Below are positions 48,601 through 61,746 of a stretch of DNA of 64,000 bases, piece by piece. The stretch is from Phallusia mammillata. Its lineage: Eukaryota. Numbering within the stretch: the first letter of the stretch is position 1; each line of letters begins with the position of its first letter. The DNA lies in NCBI GenBank assembly GCA_965637545.1, contig OZ281500.1, positions 6,882,001-6,946,000 on the forward strand. Reading direction: 5' to 3'. A program made the position numbers and the translations under genes. Under the pieces are notes generated by a model that had not been told where the DNA came from, searched no databases, and was given only the letters and a program-made list of their open reading frames with translations.

Positions 48601-50229
48601 AATTGACCGATCCCATTACAGTGCGGTCATGAGGTTATTATTTAAGTGACTTTCGCATTTTGTGGTTTGCCATGTCTTATTCATAGTATTTTAAAAATCC
48701 TAATACTGTAACAAAGTTGCGTTGGCACATTGCGGATGATTGGTTACAAAAACATCGTTAAACGAACTATGATCCGATAGGTGAATTTGTATTTATTTTG
48801 TCAGACACTTACCCGACCCATCTCAGATAGGTTACAAACTCGCCCACCTCACAGATGTCGTGCTTAGAATTCAACTGTTTCTTATCCCCCCATCTATTAT
48901 ACATTGCGGCCTAATGGAGTGGGCTCAGCAGCGGCTTTCAATGAATTATTGATGACACGAAAGAGTCGTGATTTGGCGACTGTTTTTCCAGGGAGTCGCT
49001 GTTTGAAACCACAGTTATCTTGTTCATTCTAGCGAGACCTGTCATGCAGCTGCTTTTAAGCGAGTTCATAGCCATACTTCGCAGGTGCGCATTAACCCAT
49101 GCACCATTTCGTCCTGTTTATTAGTCTCTTGTTCTGAGGAACGGATTTACTTAATGCCGAAGTGGGTATGGGATATTTTTTGAAAGCATTCCCCTTTGTT
49201 CAGTCTCGTAAGCGTGCCTTTCAGTCGCATGCTGGGTTCAAATTGGTTTCCTTGTGGTTTACCACCCTCATATCGCTGTGTTATCTCAAGTAGCAGGCTT
49301 TTTACGCTGATGGCATGGTGAATTTCGGGCCAGGACTCTGAATATGTCTAGAGTATCAACCACAGGGACAGCTGGCCTCCACAACAACACGCTTGCTATA
49401 AACTGTTTTGATGTACAGTGGGGTCGGATAAAAGTAAGCCACTCTGTTTGATTTATCACTTCTGTTAAGCCGTCTTTTTTGAAACACAAAACGATAAATC
49501 AACGCAATTTACGGCTGCTCTTTTCAAAAACGGTAAGGGGAACAGTGAGAGTGAATGTAAACAATACTGTTCACTTATGGAGTAGTTCGATTATTTTTTT
49601 GAAATTGTATTTGTCCACAAAAAGAAAATAAGGAAGGGCGTAAGGCTTTGAAAACACTGCGCCCAGCATGTTAAATAAGAAGGTAAAGGATATTTTTCAG
49701 AAATCAATAATCAATCGAAAATTAAAATTTCAAAAATGCACAATGCACATTTTTCCAATTAAACAATCACCAACAGTCACATGCATAGCTCATGATGTCA
49801 ACGTTGATATTTAAATTAGTAACGATACGGTTCACAACACCAAACTAAAGCTACACTACCTATTGGTGTTTTATTACGTCATAATATACTGTACATTCGT
49901 GTTTTATTACGTCATAATGGCTTAATCGGCCCGGTGTGGACCCAAGAGGGTTTTTGTGCCGCCCGCGAACTAACTTTTAAATTTTAGGTGTTTACCTCAG
50001 GTGGAATACCCTGTCAGACCACTGATTTTAAGAAACAATTATTCTTTATTAGTAATGGCTAGAAATAAATGCGACGTTTTAATCGTATGATGGAAATAGT
50101 TCCTCCTGGTGAAATCAGCAATTCCAATTGTTGCGTCAAATTTTTCAATTGTTTCGGCATTGTATGCCATTGTTTTCGACATAGAAGTTTACTGCACTTG
50201 GTATTTTTACTTTGCTACACCGTCTATCT

Positions 50230-50720
50230 CAGTGGTTCCCAACCTGGGGTTCGCGGACCCCTAAGGGGTCCGTGAGATGGTTTCAGGGGGTCCGTGGAGG
50301 CAAACATTTGCAGTAGCATTAACAACAATACAATATTTTTAAGTTACCAAACCGTTTTTACAATCCTGTATCTGAGTGCAAACTGTTTATCAAACCCTTG
50401 GATCAGGGAAACTTGTAATTGTTACCTCCATTGTGACATCACAACACACATTAACGACACAATTTTATTATTGTGCTTTGTTTCAAGTATTGTACACCAG
50501 AAAATTCATCTCTTCGTTGCATTGACTGGTACAGTACACAACTTTATTGAGATTGGAGGACTGTGAAGGTTGATTAAAATTGTGCCCAAATAAGCGAAAG
50601 TATAATAACGTTTATACTGCAGGAAACGAAAAACATAGCAAGACTAAATTACGTTGGGGGTCCGTGGACCTATAAAATTTATAAAGGGGTCCGTGACTAC
50701 AAAAAGGTTGGGAACCACTG
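50230..50720. mobile_element. hAT-type MITE
   Basis: TIR CAGTGGTTCCCAACCT / AGGTTGGGAACCACTG, 8-bp TSD GTCTATCT, GGGGTCCG subterminal repeats. Confidence 0.9.
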
Positions 50721-52523
50721 GTCTATCTGTTTCTTGTTTATTGCATTGCAAATGTTTTATGCACATTATATGGCATAAACGCACAACATTTTCAAGGACA
50801 TAATATTTTTGTTCATATTACTTTTACAAAAAAAGTTCCAATAGTACGGCCCTTTACCAACGTAAAAAAATGTTTTTGGCCCTCAAAGAAGTTAAAGACC
50901 CCTAGATTAATGCGTTTTTAGGCTTTCAAAAATTCAAATCGCATTTTTTGGTTCGGTGTGCCGCCGAACATTTAACTCATGTATGGTGTGACGTGTGCGA
51001 AAAAAGGTTGCGGAGCACTGCACTAGAACAGTATTTTCCAACTTCTTGAGCTTGCGCCGCTAACAAGCTAAATGTTTGTTTGCAGTACACTGCACAGCCT
51101 AAAAAAACAAAAATATATTCAAAATAATCACCGTGAGATGCACAAATAGGACTTAACATAAAGCTTTTAGACGTTTGATTTGACGATAGTTGAATTCTGC
51201 AAAACCAAATATTTCGCTGCACACTTATTTCACGAACCTAGTGGTGTTTTGTTTAGGAAAAAAAAATTGTTTTAAAGTGTCTTTATGAGTTTACTTGCAT
51301 TAACAACATAAGGTTCAGTTTAAAACATTTATCGAAATTATGTGGTTTTGGCCAGAACCTTTTTTGAGTCGAGTTCGGCCATTTTCAACTACCACTTGGT
51401 GGAGCCCAAGATACACTTTATTCTTTTTGCTGTTGACTGGACTTCATTTTTCGCTATCGGCACTTCAAAAATGGCAATTCACAGTCGCGGCCTTCGCGTG
51501 TTTTCAATAACGGCGTCATTGATGAAAAACTAAACAAGGCAAACTCGTGAAAAGTCGGCGCCAATTGAGACATCACACAAAAGTCAAGCGATGGTGCAAC
51601 ATCCGTCGATCGTCGGGCAAGTACAGACAAGCCCACGCGAGTACTTCAGTACCGACTTAAGCGTTGTCAGGTAGCCAAGCGGTCGACTGGCGTGTTTAGA
51701 CCTGCCTTGAAATCACGTGACGTCGTTTCGCTCGTCTCCACTCATCTGGAACAACCACAACATTGCTTTTATTAGCTGTTAAGTGAAGCGTGTGGCCAAT
51801 CAGTACAAACAAGTTTTCCCCATTCTGTATGGTTCGAAACTAAAAAACGAAAGCCAAGATAAAAATGAGATATTTTGGTTAAATTGTAGCAACGCTACAT
51901 TCGCCAATTTGTTTTTCGATTTTTTGTCGTCAAAAAAACTCGAGATATTTGTAAAGCTATTTTTAAGGCAACAAATCAAGTTGTCTTGAATGTTGAAATG
52001 GTAATAGTGAAGAAAATAATCCGAAAAAGATTCATAAGTCACGTTTTTTGTCTTTATTAGTGACACGAAGCCTCGGTTTCGATTTCGGGCAGCTGACAAA
52101 ATGATTGATGATGTCCGTTGCTCGCCGGGTGTTCTCGTTTCATAAAGAATGTTTCAATGCTCATTGCCATATTACCTCGGGTTGACCGAACACACACTCC
52201 ACATGACGCCCGCAGTGGCGAATACCAACCGCTGTCAAATGACTTTTATTAAGTTTCAGAAATGCAAACCGGGTTCGATATGGGAAAACGGGAGGGATGT
52301 TACGTGACCCGAGGGAGGACTTATAAGGCGGAGTCAAGTATGACAGCTTGTTACCTAATAGGGTGTACCTTCGGAAGCGACACGTCTCTTTTTCTGATTG
52401 ATATCATGTTGGGTTTAATTGTCTTCTTAAATGTAAGTCTACTCCAATGTTGTTCTTACGACATTACTTAGCTGACAAATTCAGCACACTCAAATGTGTC
52501 TGTGTATTTCTTGTTGCAAACTA

Positions 52524-52569
52524 CTGGTGATATCGATTTCGCCCAAAAACTTGTCTCATCAGTCCCAAA
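52524..52569 (-). ncRNA. Candidate type I hammerhead ribozyme motif
   Basis: Minus strand UUUGGGA-CUGAUGA-GACAAGUUUUUGGGC-GAAA-UCG-AUA-UCACCAGU. Intact core, weak stem II, palindromic AUCGAU stem III, flanked by a 31-bp inverted repeat. Confidence 0.55.
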
Positions 52570-55500
52570 CAGGAAATAAATCACGATATAAAAGTGTGCT
52601 AAATTTGTCAGCCAAGTATTGTCAATATATGTAACAGGAATCATCTGTTAAGCATGCGTGCATTAGAACGATTTCTGTATCAGTACATCGTTATTCTTAC
52701 CATATCTTTTTGGGTCAAATAATTAGTTGCGCCTTACTGCCAGACGCTCCATCTTTTGTTCGGCTCGTGTGTCACAGAACCCGTTAAAAGCTCATTTAAA
52801 TAAACCATAATTTTGCACCAAATACACAAAAACGCCCTTTGTGGAGATAACCGTAATGCTGAGCCGATTAAATTATGTGCCCTTGTAAGACGTTACAGCT
52901 CCGACAACACAAAGGTGTCAACATTTGAAGGCGGTCGGCACGCGAGTTGCGCAAGCTCCTTGACTGGTGTATAGGCCTCATCCGATTATAATCTGATGCT
53001 GATCCATAGACAACCCTGTGTCGCCGAATATGGTAAGGTGGATTAGGAAGGGTGTAATCTGGGCACGGCGAAATCCACAGGGCTGTTTGTAGTGCGGATT
53101 TCGTCGTGGCCTTGCGAATGCCGTGGAAGAAACGTCCTTCGTCATAATCTTTATGTTTTTCGCAAAAAGGCCTTTCGAAGTGTTGTTAAAATGAATATGA
53201 TAGAAAGTGTTTTCACAAAGGCCTATCGATTTAAAAAAAATGAAGCAAGTAATGTACAATGACTGCATACTTTTAAGTATGGTACATGCATGGAATTTGA
53301 TGATCTGTAGTAATAAAGAAATTCGATTGAAAGTGGACTCAGGTATTTTGTAGGTCATGCCGTTATGTCGCCAATTCAAAATCACACACTCAAAGATCTA
53401 CCTTCTATAAACCATTGGAGTAAAAAATAGCTTGACCTCTGTCAACCTGTAACTGCAGTTTCTATTTTAAAAGAGCTGTCCCCTGTAATTGGCTCGCGAC
53501 AATTTGGTCCTGAAATACAATGCGATTTAAAGTGGCGGCGACTTGTCAACTGGGACGAGACGAGCGCAACTGGAGAAACAATCTCAACAATCATCGTGCA
53601 GGTTGTAGTAAACATATCGCGCCGCTATAGCCCGCGGGCGTCTGCGCCGTGCACCGCGGGAGCTTACGCCTCATAAAACCTGTCGCCGAAGTTTAGAGAT
53701 CACCAGAAATTAGAAACACTTTCCCACGTGCGCAGGTCACGTGACAACTTGTTGGCGGGAAAATTTGTGACCTAGTTTGTGACGTGGCGATGCGGCGTCA
53801 CGATCGTACTTGTTGTGTATTGTCGAGAGATTATAGCGCAGATGATCTCTCCATACTGTCAATATTAACCCCATCGCGACGAACCCTTCAGCTTTTGTGC
53901 TTGAGATTACAGCGAGTAGAGATTAGAAACAACAGGTGCCCGTTACATCTATCGGTCACATTAGTCTGGATTGAAATGACATTTGAAATTTTGCGACGGG
54001 TGTGGGTATTGCGGATTATTGAATCCATCGAGGCATAATTCTGAACACAACCGTGTAATCACGTTTTAAATCTCCTTTGGATCGAATCTGAGTCAATTAA
54101 AGGATAGTTTGATACAACATACACAATCCCGCCGTTTCAAAGATGGATTTTCTTGAAGTATTGGCACGTAATCACGTAAATGAAGATATTTTGGTAAATG
54201 CCTGGTGTTCATTTCAATGTGCGACAGAAATTTTATCACATCACAACCTTTACATCACAAAATCACCCTAAAGATTGCCAAGCTATAAAAAACTGGGCAG
54301 TGTCAAAGGGTAGTAATTTAAGGTATTACACGTGCTAACTGTTCCACTCCAAACATGATATCCAACATGCTTACAACAAGTGGTTAGGGACTAAAACCTA
54401 ACGTTGGTTCGAAAACAATCTACCGAAATTGAACTTGTTTCAAAGTAACAGAAAAAGTCAGTCGATATTTTTTAATTCCTTCGTTTTATTAAAGGCAACA
54501 AAACGAATATTTATTAAGTCTTTGTTAAACTATATCATTTTGTACTATAGGATTTTACTGCGGTTATTTTATTTGCTTGGAAACAGTACTTCTAATTCCG
54601 ATTGTTTAGATGTTCACCTAACAGCACGTGCAGTGCCGACATAAGATGTGTCGCAAATTTGAATGAAATCGTTCATTTAAACCGCTTTCGCTGTAACAAT
54701 CAAAATAAGGGGCAGGTGGATGTCGTGTTTGTTGGTTCAATCGATGGTACTGGATCATTAAATTGAGCGGATTAGTTTGCATACTATTCATGTCAATTGA
54801 AAGACATCGTTCGCCCGATAACAAGGCGGGATACCCAATTTTGTACACAACATAAAAACCGACACAGGCAATTGTTTGTAAATATAAAAAAGCATTTTCC
54901 AAAGCCTGTGAGATAATCACATAAAACGCTTTTTGTCCTTAATGGTATACCTCGAACCACGCACAACTCATTTGACTTTGTCAGTTCCCATAAAAACGCA
55001 TCGACGTATGTTTAAGTATGTGGCACGATCCTTCCTGTGTTAAACAAGGGGCGTCTGTGCCCAGGGAAGTGGGTGTCTATGCGGTGTTTTCGTTTCACAC
55101 AAGGAACGTCCGTTCCCGCGTTTATTCTACACTCAATGAGGTAACGCGAGAGTTTGCAAAATACGTTTGTTTACAGTCCCAAAACCACATCCCCTAGAGT
55201 CGTGTGTCTAACTTGTCAAACGTATTTGGAAATCTCATGATTCATAGTCTTACAAATTGTAGTTTCATTTTTTTAGCATCGGTGAAGAACATGTATGCTG
55301 CAAGAAATGCTTGTCCGAGGAAACTGACCACACCGCACGAATGGCGTTTTCGCAGGTTTGTTGGGTTGGTTTGGTGCCACACACCGCTGCTATGGACAAT
55401 GCGACTTACTGGCTTCCCAATTACGGTTAGGAAAATCCGCGAAAATAGATGGACGCTGTAGTACCACAATATTGGGGTCAAATATCCCTAGTGTCAGTCT

Positions 55501-58500
55501 TCACTATCGCATGTTTCCCGACTGGGAAAAAACATAAGCAGAGCACTAGGTAATGCGGGACCTTTAACGTATCATGTGGTGACCATTGCTTCCTGGCCAC
55601 TGCCAATTAGAATGTCCAGCAGAAATTGGATACGACCGCACGTTTGCACGCTCGCTTCAGAGAAAGATCTGCGCTCTTTGCGCCCTTCTTCTGAATAATT
55701 ACCATGGTAACGTTCTTTGCTGTTTTGAAGCATTTACATCATAAGGTTTTGCTACAGGCAAAGCGAAATTGACAGCAAATAATTTTATCACCGTGCGTGC
55801 AAGTTATAATCTCGTTTGTTAGTACAAAAAATGAACCACCCAATGGTTTAATTCACTTCTCCAAACCGATTATTATATGCACATCCTGACGCTTTCTCCT
55901 GTCTTGTATGTAGAGCGGAGTGATGCTAACTCCTCTAGTAAGTAAATGGTAGCTTCCGTTGTCTGAAAATCGTGCAGCTATATTAACATCATGTATCCAA
56001 GAGCAAATCCTTTTTGAAAACTTGTTGAAACAGTTTTTTTTTTACAAAACTTTTTTGAATAACTTCATCGTACCATTTAGATAGTGTTCCAGATAAACGT
56101 AGACCGTTTGGTGGTGTTCATGTTGATTTCTGCCAAAAAAACATAATTTTGTCTGAATCATCAGCTTTGAAACAAAGACCTACATGCTAGCAAATGCAGC
56201 ATTGGTTTAAATTGATAATCTTCTGGTAGAAAAATGGGTGTGGGGTTGTTACTGTTTTATTTAACTCCATGTCAGCCGAAATTAGTACTGTATTGCACAG
56301 TTATCGGTGATTGACAGCAAGATTATGAAGCGTAGCCTAAAAAGGCCATTCCGTCGAAGTACTATCGACTGAAGGCTTAATACAAATCATGCTAATATGG
56401 TCAAGGGAAATTGAGGCTTACACGCCAGTACTGCTGTTCGTTAATGAAGGTCGTCTGGAAACCAGTTAGCTCCATTAGATTATCGTCTGCTTGGGCGGCA
56501 TTTTCGCTTTGATCGCAAGTTTGGCCATACTCTGTACATCGCTTGGTGTGGTTCATTTCTCGTTTCATGTGGCTGTACATTGTGGAATTTTGCCAAACAA
56601 AAAATCCTTGGCTTTGAAACTGTTTTTCTCCCGCCACGCACACGTACTGACATAACCCATTAAAGGTTGAAAATCATATGACTATAGTATTTGTTTTGAG
56701 GATTGTTATCTTTAGCAAAATCGTTAAATTTCGCTTACTAACCAATGTAAACTTGCGGGACCATAATGTTCAAAGTTGATCAACAGCGAAGTAACGTCAA
56801 GTCAAAATGCACAAGACTGGTTAAAGCGTTCATGCTTTAGCACAAGACTGATTAAAGCGTGTTGTAAATCACAACAACAAACGTTCGCCTGTTGGGTTAG
56901 TGCCAACAGACAGCGGTAACATTACTTTTCTCCTTGGGCGAAATTGTCGGCAAGGGACACTCGAAGTAGGCTGGAGAAAATATCGTTTTGCTGGCACAGA
57001 AAGGCTAGCGCTTCAGATGGCTTTAATTCTGATGAGGAAAATTTCGAGCACTTTTCAATGCGCGGCCAAACACGTTTAATAATTTCCGCAAAGCTGCCGC
57101 GTTGTCATTCTCCGACAGCTCGATAGTAACAACACTGTGCGCTGATTGGCTAGCGAGATTTCCCGCCAACGATGCACACGTGTGGCCGAGGGCTCCAAAA
57201 CATCTCGGGTTTCACTCAGGCTGTTGGGATCACATTCCAGAAGGAACCCTCCCTTATGCGACAGATTCTTAAATGCGGCATTGTGACTGTTGCCTTTTGC
57301 ATTGATCAGCCGCATTTTGTTCCCAGTGTAGAGCATTTGACATTAATAAATTCGTTTTAATGTAAACTTCTACACCGTAACGTATTCAGTATTTGTGCCT
57401 TCCTACGGTGCCAGATCATACATATTTAAGAGTCTCCGTTTGTCGGTTTTCATTGCTTATGGTTGGAGATCGTACCATTGCAGTAACCTGATCTTGCAGT
57501 CTTTCGTGGCTGCTGGAATGCGATCCACAGCGAGGCAAACAATCAATTATTCCTTCGCTAAAGCATACGAGTTACCTTTTCTATATTTGGTTGAAAATAG
57601 TATGTAGTACTTCAAACGCACTAAAATTGTTGAGAAAAAGTAAAGTTATTTGTGGAGATATGAGTTACTCTGACAAGCTTGGTGTCTTAAGTCACTCGAA
57701 ACTGTAGTTTGGTCCTTTTTGTGACTAAATGTTAAAAACTGTCCATATTTACAGAAAACAACCAAAAATACAGTGTGTGGGCGTTTTATTTTGTGATAAC
57801 ATCAGCGCCAGCAACACAAAACAGAAAGTTCTAGAAGAAACAGAAACTTGAACGAAGGAGTCACACATCCACCATCTAAAATGGTGGAGCAGCCGGTGGT
57901 ACGACGTATCAAGCGAACATAAATAAAGCTCCCAAAAAACATGGTGCACGAAAATAAGGTGAACTTCACAGCGGCTGTGTATATTATCCTATAGAATTCC
58001 ACGAATCGCGTTTGTGCAGATAAGCAAAAGTGCCTCGGTCCGGTTGTGGACCAATGCTTTTCACTTGGCCAGCTGCCGGGCAATATGGCAACACAGTTGT
58101 CGGTACAGTCGTGTGCATCGAACGATAAATTTGAACGAGCGTCCCTGACTACAGATCGTGCAAAGATCACTGGGTGCCAGCCAAACGTGTGGTGGCAGGG
58201 GTCAAACGAAAGGCATGACAAAACGAAAAAGTAATACGAAATCGAAAATGCACAGGGTTCATTCGTAGAGGCAGTTGTCATATATGGCAGAATCGTTGTA
58301 TTGGTTATGATTGGTGACATTGGCAGCTTGGTTCCGTACGGGCAGCATCAGCAGAAAGGTAAAATGATTTTTGTGTGAACGCATCCAATGGATATTCTGT
58401 AAAGATAAAAATAAAAGTTATGAGTCTGAGTGAAAGCACTACTAGCAGTCGGTTCCTCATTGTCTGTTTGTCAAACTATGATGTAATGTAGATTTAGCGT

Positions 58501-58924
58501 GACATCATATTTGCTTTTGTGTTTCAATAGATTGTCAACGACCCTCAAACCAGGGAGTGCCCTTGACTTGTGTAACCGCCCCCATACGTTTTTGTATCCA
58601 CTTTTATGCGACCGCGGCTAAGCGTAGGGTTACGATATGCACTGGGTGGTGCGAGAGCTCGCAGCTGTGGCGGGGAGAACGATTGCAACGCAACAAAGAG
58701 CCTTGTTGGCAAACAAAGCCGACCTTTCTTGCTACAAGCGTAATACAAAGAAAATGGAAGCTGTAGTTAAGGGGGCTCGAATTTCACACTTCCGGCATAG
58801 CACGAAAATGCAAAAATTGTATATCGCAACCGGCACAGTTGCATAAGTTTCGAAGATGAAAGGCGATACATTAGCTCGATATACGGCACGTTTTTTTAGT
58901 TAGTCAGTTCACGTAGTCATCGCT

Positions 58925-60621
58925 TTCCCACAGGTTCGTTACGCGAAACTTGTATGCGCTACTAAAGCCACTTGAGAAGTACATGGCTACGCCATTGTGA
59001 CGTAACAACCGACGCCATTATGCCAGGGCGTTCCCACGTCCCCCAACTTAAGCTGGCTCTCCTAGCGCCTACGCGGTACCCAGGTGTCGCCGTCAGGACT
59101 CGAATTCTTGGCGTTTTGTTAGGTGCGAATGGAAAGTCGTTTGTTTATTGTCGTTCTCCTCACAAAGCGCACGACTCGGAGCCTGGAGCGTAGTATTTGT
59201 ATTGTTAGATTACTCCATGGCGTTTTGTTTGTGGCCCGGGCCGTAGCGTGGACATTTAAAGGCGCTTTAAACCTGCCTGGGCCTAGTGTTTACGCAAGGT
59301 AACGACGGTTGGGTGAGTACTTACGTACGACGCCGAAATCGCAATGTAACAAAGGCGGGCTACGGTGACCAGTTGTCCTACACCTGCCCTCGCTCCCCTT
59401 TCCCACGTTAGTCGGGGTATTCGAGTGAACGGATGTTCTTTCGTCGACTGATTGGAATTTGCCAAGTTCCGGTGAAAAGGAATGCTATTATCGGTTTACG
59501 AACTAGGTGTAACGAGCTGGTTTTGATTAGTTTACAACTGTATGAATTTAATTCATAACGCCCGCCCATGCCTAAATGGATTTGCTATCAGCGTTTAAAC
59601 CATGTGTAATTGTCATTTCTCGTCGCCAGTAATGCAATTGACATTTGTAAAATGCATTTAACATAATCCCTAAATCCATTATTGGCCAGTACACCGCGCG
59701 TGGTCTTTGGCGGTAAGACAGTAGAATACGCAAAGATGGCCACACCGTCCACATCCCTCAATGACATTATCTTGTCACGCGTGCTGCTCTTGACATTTGC
59801 AATTCTAGGTTAAAGAGGGTTTGATTTGGCACGCGACGGCCATTACCCAATAAACATTTAGTGTCGACCGACTTTAGGTTTGTTTATTGTCTTGGTGCTC
59901 ACCTTATTGCGATGCTTCAGTGGGTGTTTGTGATGAATTTGTCAATTTGCCACTGGCAGGTTTGGCCTTGTCGGATTCGGTTGCAATGGTGGAAGAACGC
60001 AATTTCTTTCGGGGCATCATTTCTGTAAATAAAAGTTGTATTGGTAAACTTCTGTGTGGAAAAGCGTTTTTTGCCCTTGTCAAAGGGTCTTGAACAGAAG
60101 CTGGTGCTGTGTTGGCACAAACAAAACCAGAGATGCCTATCTACCCACTTTCCCATGGGAGCCAGGCCGCAAAAGTTGGCAATAAACAAGTGCAAGTCGT
60201 AAACGCCGCGGGAGGTTGGCACTTGCATGCAATAAATCGCTGCGCGCGGCATGTTTGGCTCTGTGGGAAGCCGGCGCCTGCGGCGTTTCGCTGCGAGGAA
60301 CATGCATTACTGCATTTCGGAAGGCCGTAAAAAACTTTTCACGTACGTTCTAACCGAGTTTTATGGAGCAAGTGCTTTCGACCACGGAGTCAAAAGTCAA
60401 TCAACTACAATTTACGCAAGCGAACGTAATGTAATGGTATTGGTCACAGCTTTGAACGAACGCGTAAGCATTTATTTTTGTCGACGAAGTGAGCCATAAA
60501 TATTTACAAGGTTTCACTTAAGACTAGCGATAAAAGCTTGGATTAGGTATAAGCCGAAGTACTGGCGATAGGGGCCGATTTCCCACAATGAATTATTAAT
60601 AACCACTACTCATTTCCCACG
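58925..60621. promoter_or_regulatory. Cluster of Su(H)/CSL consensus sites (YGTGGGAA), candidate Notch-responsive enhancer
   Basis: Exact matches at 58925, 59031, 59400, 60262, 60580, 60614. Confidence 0.5.
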
Positions 60622-60890
60622 CTATAGGTATAGTTCCACGTGTTTAGCACACTAGCTTTATTTTACGTGTTCGTCAAAAAGAGGTGGCATTGTCTATCAT
60701 TTCCGTTTCGAACCGTATTTGTTTAATTGTCTTAGATCTATTTAATTGACAACAACGCGTCGAACAATAGACACGCGTGGCTGGTTGGAAGTTTGAACTG
60801 TTTCACAAAAAGGCCATTTAACCGTTAAATGCCACATAGTTTCAGAGATACAAATTGATCAACTAAATGTGTACATGTTTAAACATTTAC

Positions 60891-61746
60891 CTGTAAGGGT
60901 CATTTGGACACATCCTTTGACATCTTTTCGGTGTTTGCTTTCCTCACAAGGCTTCGCAAAAAGTTGTCGCTTCGACCCCGTGGTGGCACCAGAGAGGTTG
61001 GTTTTCACAGTGGTTTGATAACCTTCGGTTTTTGTTGAATCCTGTCGCGGTGTTGTCGGCTGGACATTACACGGAGGCGGCGAAGAAACAGTGACGTCAT
61101 CAGCGTGACGTAACGGCGACGCGTGCTTGGGCGATTCCACGGTGGAGCCCTTGGCTTCGGGGGTAACCTCGCAGAAGGTGGGCAAGGGCACTCTCAGGGC
61201 AGTGACAAAACGTGCAAGTGATGTATTGATGTTGCCTTCAGTGATTTTAGGTGGGCTCGCGAAACTCAGACCTCGGCAAAGACGTTTGGATGGGCCATTC
61301 TTCTTGGTGGATTTAGTTGGGCGGTTTGGACTTGCGTTTTCATCGCGGCAGGACAACGGCATTGGCGAAAGTCGTTGGCGTCGGGATTCCAAAAGCTTGC
61401 AGGTTTCCGAGTGATGTCGCCGGGGACCACGGACATAGAACTGGGGGACCGAAGCGCTGTCAAGCAGTTCCCATTCAAAGCGACGTTTTCTTGGGCTCGC
61501 TGGCACTGTCAGGCGGGGCTTCGATACTGGTTTTGCCGCAGCGGTGACCCACGCGGCGTCAAACTCCCAATCGCCAACCAGTCGTCTTTTCTCATTGTCG
61601 AGAGTTGCATTCAGCATTCTTCGGGTTTCCATTGGATCTGACCGACCGAACAGTGATTTGCACGCTTGAAATCTGGGTTTCTCGTCAGGCTGACAGATGG
61701 CATCGAATGCAGAACCGATCGATTTGTATGTTGGTGGAGGAACCAT
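60891..61746 (-). CDS. CDKN1: Cip/Kip cyclin-dependent kinase inhibitor (p21/p27/p57 family), main coding exon; downstream exon not identified
   Basis: CDI domain CKSLFGRSD...WEFD...FEWELLDSASVPQFY (cf. p27 CRNLFGPVD...WNFD...YEWQEV...LPEFY), second cyclin-binding motif KRQLF. The exon ends QMTLT-G|gtaaat (donor 60890), resembling the first half of a PIP box. Confidence 0.85.

Noticed and set aside
57749-58320. 172-aa minus-strand ORF and overlapping short ORFs
   Set aside because: Composition typical of non-coding AT-rich DNA; no domain signal.
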